A DNA stretch of 64,000 nt from an uncultured Verrucomicrobiae bacterium (GTDB lineage Bacteria; Verrucomicrobiota; Verrucomicrobiia; Chthoniobacterales; UBA10450), in assembly GCA_963834385.1 (NCBI GenBank), contig CAWIBO010000001.1, positions 96,001 through 160,000 on the forward strand. Direction: 5' to 3'. Shown here in pieces: positions 21,784-32,782 of the stretch. The position numbers and the translations under genes are program-made. The number at the start of each line of letters is the position of its first letter. The first letter of the stretch is position 1. The notes below the pieces were generated by a model. The model searched no databases, was not told where the DNA came from, and worked only from the letters and a program-made list of their open reading frames with translations.

Positions 21784-22353
21784 GGTCTTTTTTGGGGTTT
21801 TCAAAGGGATGCCTGGGCGGTTTGTTGCTGCTGGAAGAGAAAAATCCCGCGGTCTGCGTAAGGCGGCGCCCTGCCCGCCGGGCACCCGCCCGAAAAGCAA
21901 AAGACCGATTTGCGCGACCGCCATCCTCGGGCATTGCCCGCGGAATCTCCAGCATATCTTGGGAGCGCCCGGGACTGGCCATTTCACGCCAGGCCACGGA
22001 AAAGTCTCTCAAAACGGGGCCAATGGTCGCGAATTTCCCTGAAATTGCAACTTCTGTGTGAATATCACGGGAAAATGCGCGTCCATCGCTTTCCGCCCAG
22101 GCGAACATGTAGTTGACGCATGATCCGCGGTGGGCTGTCCCCCGCCGGCGAACGCGGCAACGAATCGGGAACACGGGGCAAAGGTGGCGGCAGACGGGCC
22201 CTGTTGACAGTTTTGAACAAAAGACATCCGCCCAGTGTCATTAGAACGAAATATTTAACCTTGTTAACTACTGACCTCCGATGGTAGAAAACGCACCGCT
22301 CAAGGCCTTTGCCGACGTAAAGGTCTTGTGGGCGGGCAGTTCCCCCCCCAGAA

Positions 22354-23220
22354 ATGAAAAGTTTTATGGCTGCTGAAGACAGCGATACAGGTATAAAAAT
22401 CTATCTGCGCGAAATCGGGCAGATCCCCTTGCTCACACCTGAGCAGGAGATCGAGCTCGCCGCCAAGATCAAGAAGGGGGACAAGGAAGCGCGGGCGCTC
22501 ATGATCCGCTCCAACCTCCGTCTTGTGGTGAAGATCGCGCACGATTACGCCAATCTCGGCCTGCCCCTCCTCGATCTGATCTCGGAAGGCAACATCGGCC
22601 TGATGAAGGCGGTGGAGCGTTTCGACCCAGCCAAGGGCGGCAAGCTGAGCACGTATGCCGCCTGGTGGATCAAGCAGTCGATCAAGCGCGCCCTGGCGAA
22701 CCAGTCGAAGACCATCCGCCTGCCGGTTCATCTCGTCGATAAAATCTCGAAGATGCGCCGAGTCTCGCTGCAGATGAGCGAAGAACTGGGCCGGGAACCG
22801 ACCGATGATGAGCTTGGTGAGGAAATCGGCATTGCCTCGGGCAAGGTGTCGCAGCTCAAGACTGTTTCCATCCGGCCGGCTTCACTCGACGCCCCGATCA
22901 GCGACGATGATTCAACCGAGTTCGGGGAAATTGTCGGAGACGAAGAGGCGCAGACGCCGTTTGAGCTGCTGCGCGACAAGAACCTCCGCAACGAGGTGGG
23001 CGGTCTGCTCGAGGTCCTGGACGATCGCGAGAAGAAGATCATCTTCCAGCGCTTCGGCCTTGATGGCGGAAAACCCAAAACCCTCGAGGAAGTCGGCAAA
23101 AAATTCGGCGTCACGCGTGAGCGTATTCGCCAGCTGCAGAACATCGCGCTTTCCAAGCTCCGCCGGGCCCTCGCCAAAAAGGAACGGCCGGTGGATGTCG
23201 AGCTTCCGGTCGAGGCCTAA
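22354..23220 (+). CDS. RNA polymerase sigma factor, RpoD/SigA family, short form lacking region 1.1
   Basis: YLREIG (1.2), [52 protein letters not shown]. Alternative start at 22366. Confidence 0.94.
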   Translation: MKSFMAAEDSDTGIKIYLREIGQIPLLTPEQEIELAAKIKKGDKEARALMIRSNLRLVVKIAHDYANLGLPLLDLISEGNIGLMKAVERFDPAKGGKLSTYAAWWIKQSIKRALANQSKTIRLPVHLVDKISKMRRVSLQMSEELGREPTDDELGEEIGIASGKVSQLKTVSIRPASLDAPISDDDSTEFGEIVGDEEAQTPFELLRDKNLRNEVGGLLEVLDDREKKIIFQRFGLDGGKPKTLEEVGKKFGVTRERIRQLQNIALSKLRRALAKKERPVDVELPVEA

Positions 23221-23250
23221 GGACGTCCCGGTTTGGCAAGGACCGCCGGG

Positions 23251-24714
23251 CTAGCCTGCGGAGGTGCGTCCACCGCTACGAGTGTTTGCCGGCGGTCCGG
23301 CCTGGCGGACCTGCACGGAATCGAAGCTGGCGCCCCGGGCGTGGACGTCGCTCAGGATCACGAGGTTGTCCCCCGCCTCGGCGAGGCCGGCCCGCCAGAG
23401 ATATTCCTCGGCGGCGCCGATGGTTGAATTAGGATCGCTCGCGAATTCCATCCGCACGGGAAACGTTCCCCAGCAGATGGCCAGCTGGCGGTAGACGCGC
23501 TCGCTGGGCGTAAAGGCGAAGATCGGCGCGCGCTCCGGCCGCATGTTCGAGACGTAACGCGCCATGTTGCCGTGCCGGGTAAAGACAATGATCCGGGCCC
23601 GGCTCAGGGAATTGGCCAGGACCACGGCGGAGGCGACCGTCTTTTGCCGTGAATCCTCCAGGATCGCCTTCTTCCCGTAGCCTGCTCCGCCGCTGCGCTC
23701 GATCCGGCGCGTCACCCGGTTCAGGACCTGGACGCACTGGAGCGGATAACGGCCGATGGATGTTTCGCCGCTGAGCATGATGGCGTCCGCCTGTTCAAAG
23801 ACGGCGTTGGAAACATCCGTGATCTCCGCGCGCGTCGGGACCGGGTTCTCGATCATCGACTCGAGCAGGTGCGTGGCGACCACGACCGGTTTCCCGATGC
23901 GGAGACACTGCTTCACGATCCGCCGCTGGATGATCGGCAGCTCCTCCATGGGACATTCGATCCCAAGATCGCCTCGCGCCACCATGATGGCATCCGCGCC
24001 GTGGATCATCTCATCGATCTGCCGGACCGCGCTCTGGTCCTCGATCTTGGCCACCACCTGGGCCTGGCTTCCCTCCGCCTGCAGCGCCTTCCGCAGCTCG
24101 TCCAGGTCGCTGCGTTCCCGGGCGAAACTGAGCGCCACAAAATCCACGTTCATCTCCGAGCCCAGCCGGATGTCGCGCCGGTCCTTTTCCGTCAGCGGCG
24201 GCAGGCTGACCTTGACCCCGGGCAGGTTGATATGACGCCGTGAGCCGAGCGTTCCCGGGGTCAGGACCTTCGAGAGAATACGGTTCGCTTTTTTCTCCAG
24301 GACCTTGAGATGGATGACCCCGTTATCGACCAGAACGGTGTCCCCCACCGAAATGTCGTTGATCAGCCCGTCATAGTTCACGTCCACCGAGTGTTCCTCT
24401 TCGCTGCGGGCTCCGCGCACGGTGAACTCAAGCACGTCTCCCGGTTTCAATTGCAGGTCGGCGCTCACGTCCCCGGTCCGGATCGCGGGACCCTGGGTGT
24501 CCATCAGGATCGCGACCGAGCGCCCGGCCTTTTCCGCCGCCCGGCGAATCAAGGGCACCGTCGCCCGGACGGAATCATGGGAGGCGTGGCTCATGTTGAG
24601 CCGGAAAACGTCCACCCCCTCCTGCACCAGGTCGCGGATCTTTTCCGCGCTGTCGGTGGAGGGTCCCAGGGTGCAGATGATTTTCGTCCGGCGCGTGGCG
24701 TCAGTCGTGTTCAT
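23251..24714 (-). CDS. pyk: Pyruvate kinase
   Basis: RRTKIICTLGP, RLNMSH, AKIE, MVARGDLG, PTRAEITDV, MLSGETS. Start overlaps the upstream stop (ATGA). Confidence 0.96.
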   Translation of the reverse strand: MNTTDATRRTKIICTLGPSTDSAEKIRDLVQEGVDVFRLNMSHASHDSVRATVPLIRRAAEKAGRSVAILMDTQGPAIRTGDVSADLQLKPGDVLEFTVRGARSEEEHSVDVNYDGLINDISVGDTVLVDNGVIHLKVLEKKANRILSKVLTPGTLGSRRHINLPGVKVSLPPLTEKDRRDIRLGSEMNVDFVALSFARERSDLDELRKALQAEGSQAQVVAKIEDQSAVRQIDEMIHGADAIMVARGDLGIECPMEELPIIQRRIVKQCLRIGKPVVVATHLLESMIENPVPTRAEITDVSNAVFEQADAIMLSGETSIGRYPLQCVQVLNRVTRRIERSGGAGYGKKAILEDSRQKTVASAVVLANSLSRARIIVFTRHGNMARYVSNMRPERAPIFAFTPSERVYRQLAICWGTFPVRMEFASDPNSTIGAAEEYLWRAGLAEAGDNLVILSDVHARGASFDSVQVRQAGPPANTRSGGRTSAG

Positions 24715-27554
24715 AGAGAGCGGGCGCCGCTCCCACCGGCGCCGCCCGTCACCCAATCGAATCGGGGCGGAAAAGCCAGCTGAAATCCGGGCGGCGCGAG
24801 GGAAAAATTCGGCGTGTAATAGGGATCGCGCAGCAGCTCAACGCCCCAGCGTTCCTGCATGTAGCGCGCTTCCTGCAGCAGTTGCATCACTTCTCCGTGG
24901 GGCCGGTTCCGGCCGCGCGAGGCTGATTCGTGATGCACCAGTTCAGCATACGGCGTCCAGACGATGCGCCAACCCGCCGCCCGCACACGCAGACAGAGAT
25001 CGACGTCATTGAAGTCGACCGGGAGATTCTTTTCGTCGAAGCCTCCCAGCTCCAGGAAGAGCGGGCCCCTGATCAGGAGGCAGGCCGCCGTGACTGCGCT
25101 GCAGTCGCGATGCAACCAGGCCCGGTTGAAATAGCCGGGATGGTCCCGGGGCAGCTTGTAATAATAATGTCCGGCAACGCCGCCGTAGCCAAGGAGCACC
25201 CCGGCATGCTGCAAAGTGCCATCAGGATAGACCAGACGCGCCCCGGCTGCGCCCACTCCCGGTTGCAAAAGCTGGCTGACCAGTTCCCGAAGCCAGCCCG
25301 GATCACGGCCTTCCACGTCATTGTTCAGGAAGAGGATAAGATCGCCCCGCGCCGCGCGCGCACCGAGGTTGTTCAGCCGGCTGTAATTAAAGGTTCCGGT
25401 GGCCCGCAATATCTGCGTGCGCGGCTCTCTCCCCGCCGCCTCCAGCAGTTCCCTCGCTTCCGGTTCGGTCGATTCGTGGTCAACAATCACGATTTCGACG
25501 CCGGGATAATCCGTCCGTTCCCGCAGGGTGGCGAGGCATTGCCGGAGCAAGGCGGCTTTGTTCCGCGTCGGCAGGACCACGGAGACGGAAGGCAGTTCCG
25601 GCGGCAGATCAAAGATGACCCGGTGCGAATCGTCGCTTTGCGGGCACGGCACCACGCGGCCTGCGATTTTCCGCCGGGCAAGGTGGTCCGAAAGGGCCCG
25701 GCGCGCCGCCTCCCGCGCGTAAGGTTTGGCTTCGCGGGAATCGGCCACGCTCCCCGGCACCATGCGCCAATGGTAAAGCACCCGGGGTATGTGCCTGACC
25801 TGGTCAGGGCGAAGGCGTTCCAGGCAGCGCAGGGCGAGGTCGTAATCTTGCGAGCCTTCGTAGCCTTCGCGAAACCCGCCGATCTCACGGACGAGAGCGG
25901 TGCGATAAAGCCCGAGGTGATTAATGAAATTCTGGCCGAGGAAAAGGAGCGGATCCCACTCGGTCTTGAAGAACGGATTCGAACGCCGTTCCTGCCGGTC
26001 AACGCTGTCCTGGTCGGTGTAGATCAATCCCGCCTCGGCATGCGCCCCGGCCTCCCGCATGGCCCAGGCCAGCGCGTCCTCGTGCAATTCGTCATCATGG
26101 TCGAGCAGGGCGCACCATTCACCCGTGGCCTGTTCCAGGGCGGTGTTGGAGCAGGCTGAAATATGTCCGTTGGTCGTGCGAAAGGCGAGGCGGACCCGGG
26201 GTTCCTCGCGGGCGAATTTTTCCAGGAGCGGCCGGATGCGTTTGTCCGTCGAGGCATCATCGGCGATGCACAATTCCCAGTTCCGGTAGCTCTGCCGTCG
26301 CACCGACTCCAGCGCCGCCTGCAGGACCTCCGGTGGCGGATCAAAAACGGGCAGAATGATCGAGACCAGCGGGTGCCGGCGCAGACCACGCAGGTGGCGG
26401 CGCATTTCGCGGCGGCTGCCGGGCGTGGGTCGCGAGTAAAGCGCAAGCCAGCGCGCGTAAGCCTCATCCCCCTCCTCCCCGGCGCCGCCGGGCGCAGTCA
26501 TCGTTTCCGCCAGCGCCTCGTCAAAGTCGCGACCAAAGCGGTCGATCCCGTGGCGCAGTTGAAACGTCCGGCGGGCGACCGCCCCCAGTTCCCGACGCCC
26601 TTTGTCATCGCGGATACAGGCGAGCATCGCCTCGGCGAGTTTCGACGGCGATTCTGCCGGCACCATCAGGCCGTTGAGACCGTGCCGGATGCTTTCGCTG
26701 ATTCCGCCGACGTCGGTGGCGATCACGGCCCGCCCCAGGGCCATCGCTTCCAGGATGGAAATGGGCATGGCTTCATCACGCGACGCACAGACGAGCACGT
26801 CGGTCGCAGACAGCGCTTCCAGGGCCGCGCCGTGGTCCAGCGCCCCGAGGATTTTCGCATCGAGAGAGCGCGCGCGGGTTTCCACCTCCTTGTAGAAAGA
26901 TTCGTCGAGAACCCGGCCGGCCATCGAGAACGCGGCCCGGCCACGCACGTCCGCCGGGAGAGCAGCCACCGCCTCGAGAAACAGATCCTGCCCCTTGCGC
27001 GGCTCAAAGCTTCCGAGCAGGAGAAAAGTCGTCCTCTCTTTTTCCGTCTCCGACCCGGCACAGGCCGGCGCCGGGATGCCATACGGAATCACGCGCACGG
27101 GACGCGGCGTCAACGGCGCAAACATGTAGCCGGCCCGAACCGTCGGCACCACGATCAGGGAAGGACGGAGGAGCGTTTCGCCAATCTCCGGGATTCTCCT
27201 GATCATCTCAGGGACGACGAGGGTCTCGTGCACATACCAGAGCGACTGTTTCTCTTCACGGAAAGCGGCCCGGACTGCGCCCCAGCTCAGGATGCTGTTG
27301 GCCACGACCAGATCGTGATCGCGCGCCAGGCGCCGCAGAGACCGATGCTCCCAGTCGCGCAGGAGTTCCTCGTCGAGCACGGTCGCGACGCCGGCAGCCT
27401 CCAGCAGGTCAAGCAACGGTCCCTTCTCCGGCAAGGCCACCGTGAAGTCCCGGCCGCGGGCCTGCCACCAGCGGGCCAGGTGCAGCAATTGCATCGGAGC
27501 GCCACTCAAGGTGGCCTCGTGAGAAACGAAAAGCGTCCTCGACCCGGCGCTCAT
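24711..27554 (-). CDS. Multi-domain glycosyltransferase GT4-GT2-GT2, 947 aa
   Basis: GT4: EPRKGQD and EAMPISILEAMALG. GT2: ELCIADDAST, LLDHDDEL, GSQDYDL. Second GT2: FNYSRLNN, FLNND, NDVDLCL. Confidence 0.92.
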   Translation of the reverse strand: MSAGSRTLFVSHEATLSGAPMQLLHLARWWQARGRDFTVALPEKGPLLDLLEAAGVATVLDEELLRDWEHRSLRRLARDHDLVVANSILSWGAVRAAFREEKQSLWYVHETLVVPEMIRRIPEIGETLLRPSLIVVPTVRAGYMFAPLTPRPVRVIPYGIPAPACAGSETEKERTTFLLLGSFEPRKGQDLFLEAVAALPADVRGRAAFSMAGRVLDESFYKEVETRARSLDAKILGALDHGAALEALSATDVLVCASRDEAMPISILEAMALGRAVIATDVGGISESIRHGLNGLMVPAESPSKLAEAMLACIRDDKGRRELGAVARRTFQLRHGIDRFGRDFDEALAETMTAPGGAGEEGDEAYARWLALYSRPTPGSRREMRRHLRGLRRHPLVSIILPVFDPPPEVLQAALESVRRQSYRNWELCIADDASTDKRIRPLLEKFAREEPRVRLAFRTTNGHISACSNTALEQATGEWCALLDHDDELHEDALAWAMREAGAHAEAGLIYTDQDSVDRQERRSNPFFKTEWDPLLFLGQNFINHLGLYRTALVREIGGFREGYEGSQDYDLALRCLERLRPDQVRHIPRVLYHWRMVPGSVADSREAKPYAREAARRALSDHLARRKIAGRVVPCPQSDDSHRVIFDLPPELPSVSVVLPTRNKAALLRQCLATLRERTDYPGVEIVIVDHESTEPEARELLEAAGREPRTQILRATGTFNYSRLNNLGARAARGDLILFLNNDVEGRDPGWLRELVSQLLQPGVGAAGARLVYPDGTLQHAGVLLGYGGVAGHYYYKLPRDHPGYFNRAWLHRDCSAVTAACLLIRGPLFLELGGFDEKNLPVDFNDVDLCLRVRAAGWRIVWTPYAELVHHESASRGRNRPHGEVMQLLQEARYMQERWGVELLRDPYYTPNFSLAPPGFQLAFPPRFDWVTGGAGGSGARSL

Positions 27555-30500
27555 GCCCGCTTCACTCCGTTTTCCTCGGCCGGCTCAAGGCTGCGGCCAA
27601 GCTGGCTTTCCACCAGTCCCTCAAACTCGCGGCCGAAGCGGTCCAGGGTGAACCGTTCCTGAAAAGTCTTTCGCGCTTCCTCCCCCAGGCTCCGCCGCAG
27701 ATCCTCGTCCCCGGCCAGCCGGTCCAGCGCCACCGCCAGCATCGGGGCCGACTCGGCATTGACCAGCAACGCGTTTTCGTTATGACGCAAAAACTCCAGG
27801 GCGCCGCCCACGGTCGTGCTCACGATCGGCTTCGCCATGCTCATCGCCTCGAGCATGGTCACCGTCGGCATGGCCTCATCGCGCGACGGGAACACGACGA
27901 CATCCGCGCCCGACAGCAGACGCAGCGCCTCCGCATGCGTCACCGGGCCGGTCAGTTGAACATTCGGCAAAGCGGAAGCGCGACGGGCGATCTCCGCGCC
28001 GAAGGCAGGGTCATGCACGCGACCCGCGATCAACACCTCCAGGCCGGGTTGCGCAGACGCCGGGAACCCGCTGAGGGCATCGAGCAGAATATCCTGTCCT
28101 TTCCGCGGCTCGACCGTGCCGAGCAGAACCACCTTGAGAGGTCCCGCCGAGCGCACGCTCGCCCCTTCGGGAATCTCCGGCGCGGGTGGCGTGATGGCGT
28201 TGCGCAGGCAAACGACGGCCCGGTCGGTGTAGGGACGATAAACGGCGCAGGCGCGCTCCGACGGGGCCATGACCAGGTCAGCCCGGGGAAGCGCCGCCCG
28301 CATGCCGGCCTCCCGCTGGAGATAATGCTCGCCCACTTCCGTCTCGTGCAGCCACCAGATGACCGGCGTGCCGCTCCCGGCGAGAGCGTTCACCACCGGC
28401 GCGCCGAAGATGGTATTCGCAATCACGACGTCAAACGGCCGCGCGAAATCGACAAACGAGCGATGGCCTTCGTTGACCAGCGGATCGATCAGGACCGGGA
28501 TGCCCTCCTTCTCGAATTCCTTGCGCAAAGGGCCGTCGAGGGGCGACATGACGACGCAGAAAATCCCATTGGCCCGGCACCAGCGTGCCGCCTGCAGGAG
28601 CATCATCGGCGCCCCCGAGAGCGAGAGATCGTGCGAAACCAGGAGCAGATCCGCGCGACCAGGCCGGCTTTCCGGGTTGTTGCGCCCGGACATCCGCACC
28701 GGCGTGGGTGAATCGTGATAGAGCCATTCGCGCATCGGCCCGGTGAAGTACGGGTCGTGCGTGGAGTATTCGCCCCAACGCCGCAGGAGAAAGATCGAGG
28801 CCTTGTCTCGCGCCTCCTTCTTGGCCGGCTCCACTGTCTCCAAAGAGGCATGGCCGACGTGGCGCAGCGTGGTGAAAGGCGTGTAAACGCAGCGCAAACC
28901 TGCTTCGCGCACTTTGAAACAAAGATCGATGTCGGAATGCGCGATGGGGGTGTTGATGGCGTCGAAACCGCCCAGCCGGAGGAAATCGTCCCGCCGCATG
29001 GCCAGGCAGGCGCCGGAAAGGGCGGAGACCTCCCGCAGCGACTGGGCGAGATTGGCATGCTGCGCGAAATCGTGTGGCAACTGATGGAAGGCCGTCCCGG
29101 CCAGACCGCGGACGCCCATGACCAGCCCGGCGTGCTGGATCAGGCCCGTTTCGTAAAGCAGCTTCGGGGCAACAGCCCCCACCCCCGGATCTTCCAGTTG
29201 CTCGATCAGGTCGCCGACCCATGCCGGATCCATCGCCTCCACGTCATCGTTGAGGAAAATCAGCCGGTCGCCGGTGGCTTCATCGGCCGCGAGATTGCAT
29301 TTGTCGGAAAAATTAAAAGGCTCGTCGTAGGGAAGAAAACGCACGGCGGCTTTGACCGCGGGGTTGGCGCGCAGCGCTTCAATCACGCCGCTATTGGTCA
29401 CGATCAGGAACTCGATCTCGCTCCAGGAAGTTGCCGCCGGCAGGGTGCAGGCGGCGGCGGTGGCGCGCGGCAGGGAATCAGTCGGAATCACAATCGAAAC
29501 CCGGCGCGATCCGGCGAGGCGCAGCCGGGCGCGGTTGGCCGTGGGAAGCTCAATGATATCCGCCGGATGTCCCCGCCGTTCCATGGCCTCGGCCAGTGCG
29601 GCCAGGTTCGTCCGACGAGCGTCCGGCTTGCCGCCCGCCGAACCCGAGGCCGGATGCTCCCGCCAGTGATAAAGAACATGCGGGATGTGCACGATCTTCC
29701 CCGCCTGCTCGGTCGCGCGCAGGGCCAGATCGTAATCCTGCGAGAGATCAAACTCCGGCCGGAGCCAGCCTGTCGCCTGGAGAAACGCGGCACGATAGAC
29801 GGTCAGGTGGCCGAGATACATGCTCGAGAGCAGGAGCGACGGGCTCCACTCCGGCTTGAAAAACGGCGCCTGCCGCCGCCCGTCCGGACCGCAGGCGGTC
29901 CTCGTCGCTGTAAAGAATGTCAGCGCCGGGATGGGCCTTGATCGCCTGCGCGATCTCATAAAAAGCAAAGGGCGCCAGCAAATCATCGTGATCAGCAAAG
30001 GTCACATAGTCGCCGGTGGCGATGGCCAGGCCGCGGTTGGTGTTCTCCGCAATGCCGAGATTGCGATCGAGCCGCACCAGGCGGGCCAGACTGCCCCGCG
30101 CTGCCTCCCATTCGCGCAGGAGATCGGACGTCGCGGGGTCCGAGCCGGCGTCCACCAGGCAGACCTCCCAGTCGGGGTAAGTCTGCAGGTCGAGGGAGCG
30201 AAGCAGCTCGCGCAAGAACTCGCGCGGCGGATTATGCACCGGGATGACCACGCTCAGGCGCGGCCGCTCGGAAAAGCGCGTTTCCTTCTGCCGCGCCAGC
30301 ATCGCGGCGGAGGGTTCATGCTCCTGAATCCAGCGCTCATAACGTTCGGGGGAGAGATCGAGACGGGCCGGGACCGCCGCCACCGGAACGGGCGGAGTCG
30401 CTGCCGGCCCCGCCGGGACCAGCCCAAGCTTCCGTCCCAGCCGACGCAGTTCGCGCGGAATCTTTTGCCAGGCGGGAAGAGCCACTCGCTCGGGCTCAAA

Positions 30501-31565
30501 GCAGCGCCCCTTGCGCCCGCATGCCTTGCGCGCGGCGCTGATCATTTTCTTCTGCTGTTTCAGCTGCTGCCGGAGCGAGTCAATTCCTGCCTGTTGATGG
30601 GCCGCCTCCGCCAGCATCGCGCTGATCTGGTCGCGCTGATGATCCATCACCTGCTGCGCTTTCGCCCGGTCCCGGCGCAGCGCTTCAAACTGCCGCTGCT
30701 GCTCCTCGATCACGTCCTGCGCCTTCCCCCGGTCCTGCTCCAGGTCGGCAAACCGTTCCTGCAGGCGGGCAAGGGCCGCCGCCTGGTGATCCATCACCTG
30801 CTGCGCTTTCCAGCGATCCTCGAGGATCGAATCCAGCCAGAGCTGTCGCGCCTCCAGGGCCGCCATTCGCCTTTGCACCGCTTCCGCTTCCGCTTCCGCG
30901 GTCAGGCGCGCCGTGATCAGCCGGTAAAGCCCGGCGGTTTCCTTGAGGCGTCCCGGGGTCCCGAAAAGTTTCTCGACCAACCCGGCAGCCGGACTGTCCC
31001 CCGCCGTGACGGTCAACCCCAGTCCGGTGCCGTCGGCCAGGGCCGTGTGCCACCGGTCGCCGCTCCATTCCTCCCAGGCGTCCCGGGGCGCCGGCGTTTC
31101 CCGTTCCAGGCCGATGCCCTGAACGAGGACCAACGCCCCCGGGGAAAGCTTGGGAGCAAACGCCCGAAGTTGAGCGGCCACCTCCGCCCCGGCGTCACAA
31201 TCCTCGATCACGAGAACGTCGATGCCATCTGGCGCGCCCGCCGCTCCGGCGGACGCCTCCACCGCGAACCTGGCCATGGCCCCGTAAAGCTCAAAACCAT
31301 GTTCCCGTCCGAGGCGCCACGCTTCATCGTCGTCCGCTCCCTCCGGTTCTCGCGGGAAGACCAGACATTCGCTCTCGTAGCCCTGCTCTGTTGCTGCCTG
31401 GCACCAGGTGAAAAATGCCTGCCCATCCCCGAACCCGGAAAAAACCACCCGGGCCGGGCGCACCAGGGCAGCCAGGTCGTATTGCAGGGCAAGATGCGCC
31501 GCGCCGGGTCCGCCCTGAAAGTAGCGCGGCCGAAATTTGTGCAGGCTGGGAAGCTCGAAGCGCAT
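27551..31565 (-). CDS. Large multi-domain protein: degenerate methyltransferase-like domain, coiled coil, GT2-GT2-GT4 (apparent frameshift ~29892)
   Basis: ORF 29748..31565 reaches the GT2 motif ILYSDEDRL and ORF 27551..29998 continues GPDGRRQAPFFKPEWSP; removing one base joins them. Confidence 0.82.
30640..30810. repeat. Intragenic 24-bp direct repeat in the coiled-coil region
   Basis: TGATCCATCACCTGCTGCGCTTTC at 30640-30663 and 30787-30810, 147 bp apart; each encodes KAQQVMDH. Confidence 0.85.
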
Positions 31566-31718
31566 GGGAAACAGACCGGGCGGCAGAGCCTACCGGCCAT
31601 TTAAGCTGTCGGCCATTTTTTTAGAGCGCCTCTTCGCCGCTGGCACCGGTCGTTTCGCCCGATTTTAGTCGCCCCGCTCTCCTGTTTCATGCCAAGTCTT
31701 TGGCCGAACCGCCTCGTC

Positions 31719-32750
31719 ATGCATCCCAGTTCGTACGAAAAAATGGCCGCCTTCGCACGGGAACACCTGAACGAATCGCGGTCCCGCGAGCTTCGAATCG
31801 TCGATCTCGGCAGCCGCGATTTCAACGGTTCCTACCGCGCCATTTTCGACCATCCAAGCTGGACTTATGTCGGCGCGGATCTCACCCCGGGTCCAAATGT
31901 GGACCTGGTCCTCTCCGACCCCTATCACTGGCGCGAAATCGCCCCGGCGAGTGTCGATGTTCTGGTCAGCGGCCAGACCTTCGAACACACCGATTTTTTC
32001 TGGGAAAGCGTCCTGGAAATCGCGCGCGTGCTGCGGCCGGGCGGTCTTTGCTGCATCATCGTCCCGGCCAGCGGACCGGAACACCGTTATCCCCGCGACT
32101 GCTGGCGTATCTTCAGCGACGGCATGGCGGCGGTCTTTGCCTATGGCGGCCTGGAAACGCTCGAGTGCCGGACGCAGTGGCACGAGTTACCGGAGTTCGA
32201 TGCGGAAAGTAACAAGTGGCACGAGACGGTGGCGATCGGGCGCAAACCGAACCGGCCGGTCGCGGCGCGCTGGCGCGGCCGGGTTCACCGTTGGTTGCAC
32301 CGGCTTGTTCCCCTGCCCGCGCAACCGGCCACCATGGTGCTCCAGGCTTATCCCACGCACGACGGCCGGCACCGGGAAGAGGAATCGGTTTCTTTGCGAC
32401 GCTCCTGCCGCGCCCCCGGGGAATGGCGGCTTTGGCTCCCGCGTGGGGCCGGCTTGAATCCGCTGCGCCTCGACTTCTCGCCGGAGGCCCACACCGTCAC
32501 CGTGAAGTCCATCGTTCTGCGCACAACCGCAGGCGAACTCTATCGGGCGGACACCGCCACCGGCTTTGCCGGGATCGCGGTCGCGGGGGATGCGACCGCG
32601 CAATCGGGTCCCGACGGCCTGGCCGTCACCATCACTGGTGACGATCCGCAGCTGATCCTCCCGCCCCTTCCCGCACCCGCGCCCGGGGAAACGGTGGAGC
32701 TGGCGGCTTCTCTGGCCATTCGGCTAAAAGAAAACGCGGCATGCCCGTGA
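31719..32750 (+). CDS. Class I SAM-dependent methyltransferase with C-terminal beta-rich domain
   Basis: IVDLGSRDFNG, YVGADL, GQTFEH, RVLRPGG, HRYPRDCWR; C-terminal LRLDF...GDDPQ. The ORF is open from 31689. Confidence 0.85.
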   Translation: MHPSSYEKMAAFAREHLNESRSRELRIVDLGSRDFNGSYRAIFDHPSWTYVGADLTPGPNVDLVLSDPYHWREIAPASVDVLVSGQTFEHTDFFWESVLEIARVLRPGGLCCIIVPASGPEHRYPRDCWRIFSDGMAAVFAYGGLETLECRTQWHELPEFDAESNKWHETVAIGRKPNRPVAARWRGRVHRWLHRLVPLPAQPATMVLQAYPTHDGRHREEESVSLRRSCRAPGEWRLWLPRGAGLNPLRLDFSPEAHTVTVKSIVLRTTAGELYRADTATGFAGIAVAGDATAQSGPDGLAVTITGDDPQLILPPLPAPAPGETVELAASLAIRLKENAACP

Positions 32751-32765
32751 AGGACATGCCGCGTT
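32726..32765 (-). terminator. Intrinsic terminator after the DUF4142-like genes
   Basis: Arms AACGCGGCATG (32733-32743) and CATGCCGCGTT (32755-32765), followed by a T-rich run on the minus strand; lies between convergent genes. Confidence 0.7.
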
Positions 32766-32782
32766 GAGACGGGCCTGCGCTA

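Noticed and set aside
22202..22219. Possible LexA box upstream of the sigma factor (TGTTG...GAACA)
   Set aside because: Spacer is 8 bp rather than 4 and the left half-site mismatches.
21773..22227. Short ORFs between ino1 and the sigma factor
   Set aside because: Mutually overlapping, with no motifs or convincing RBS.
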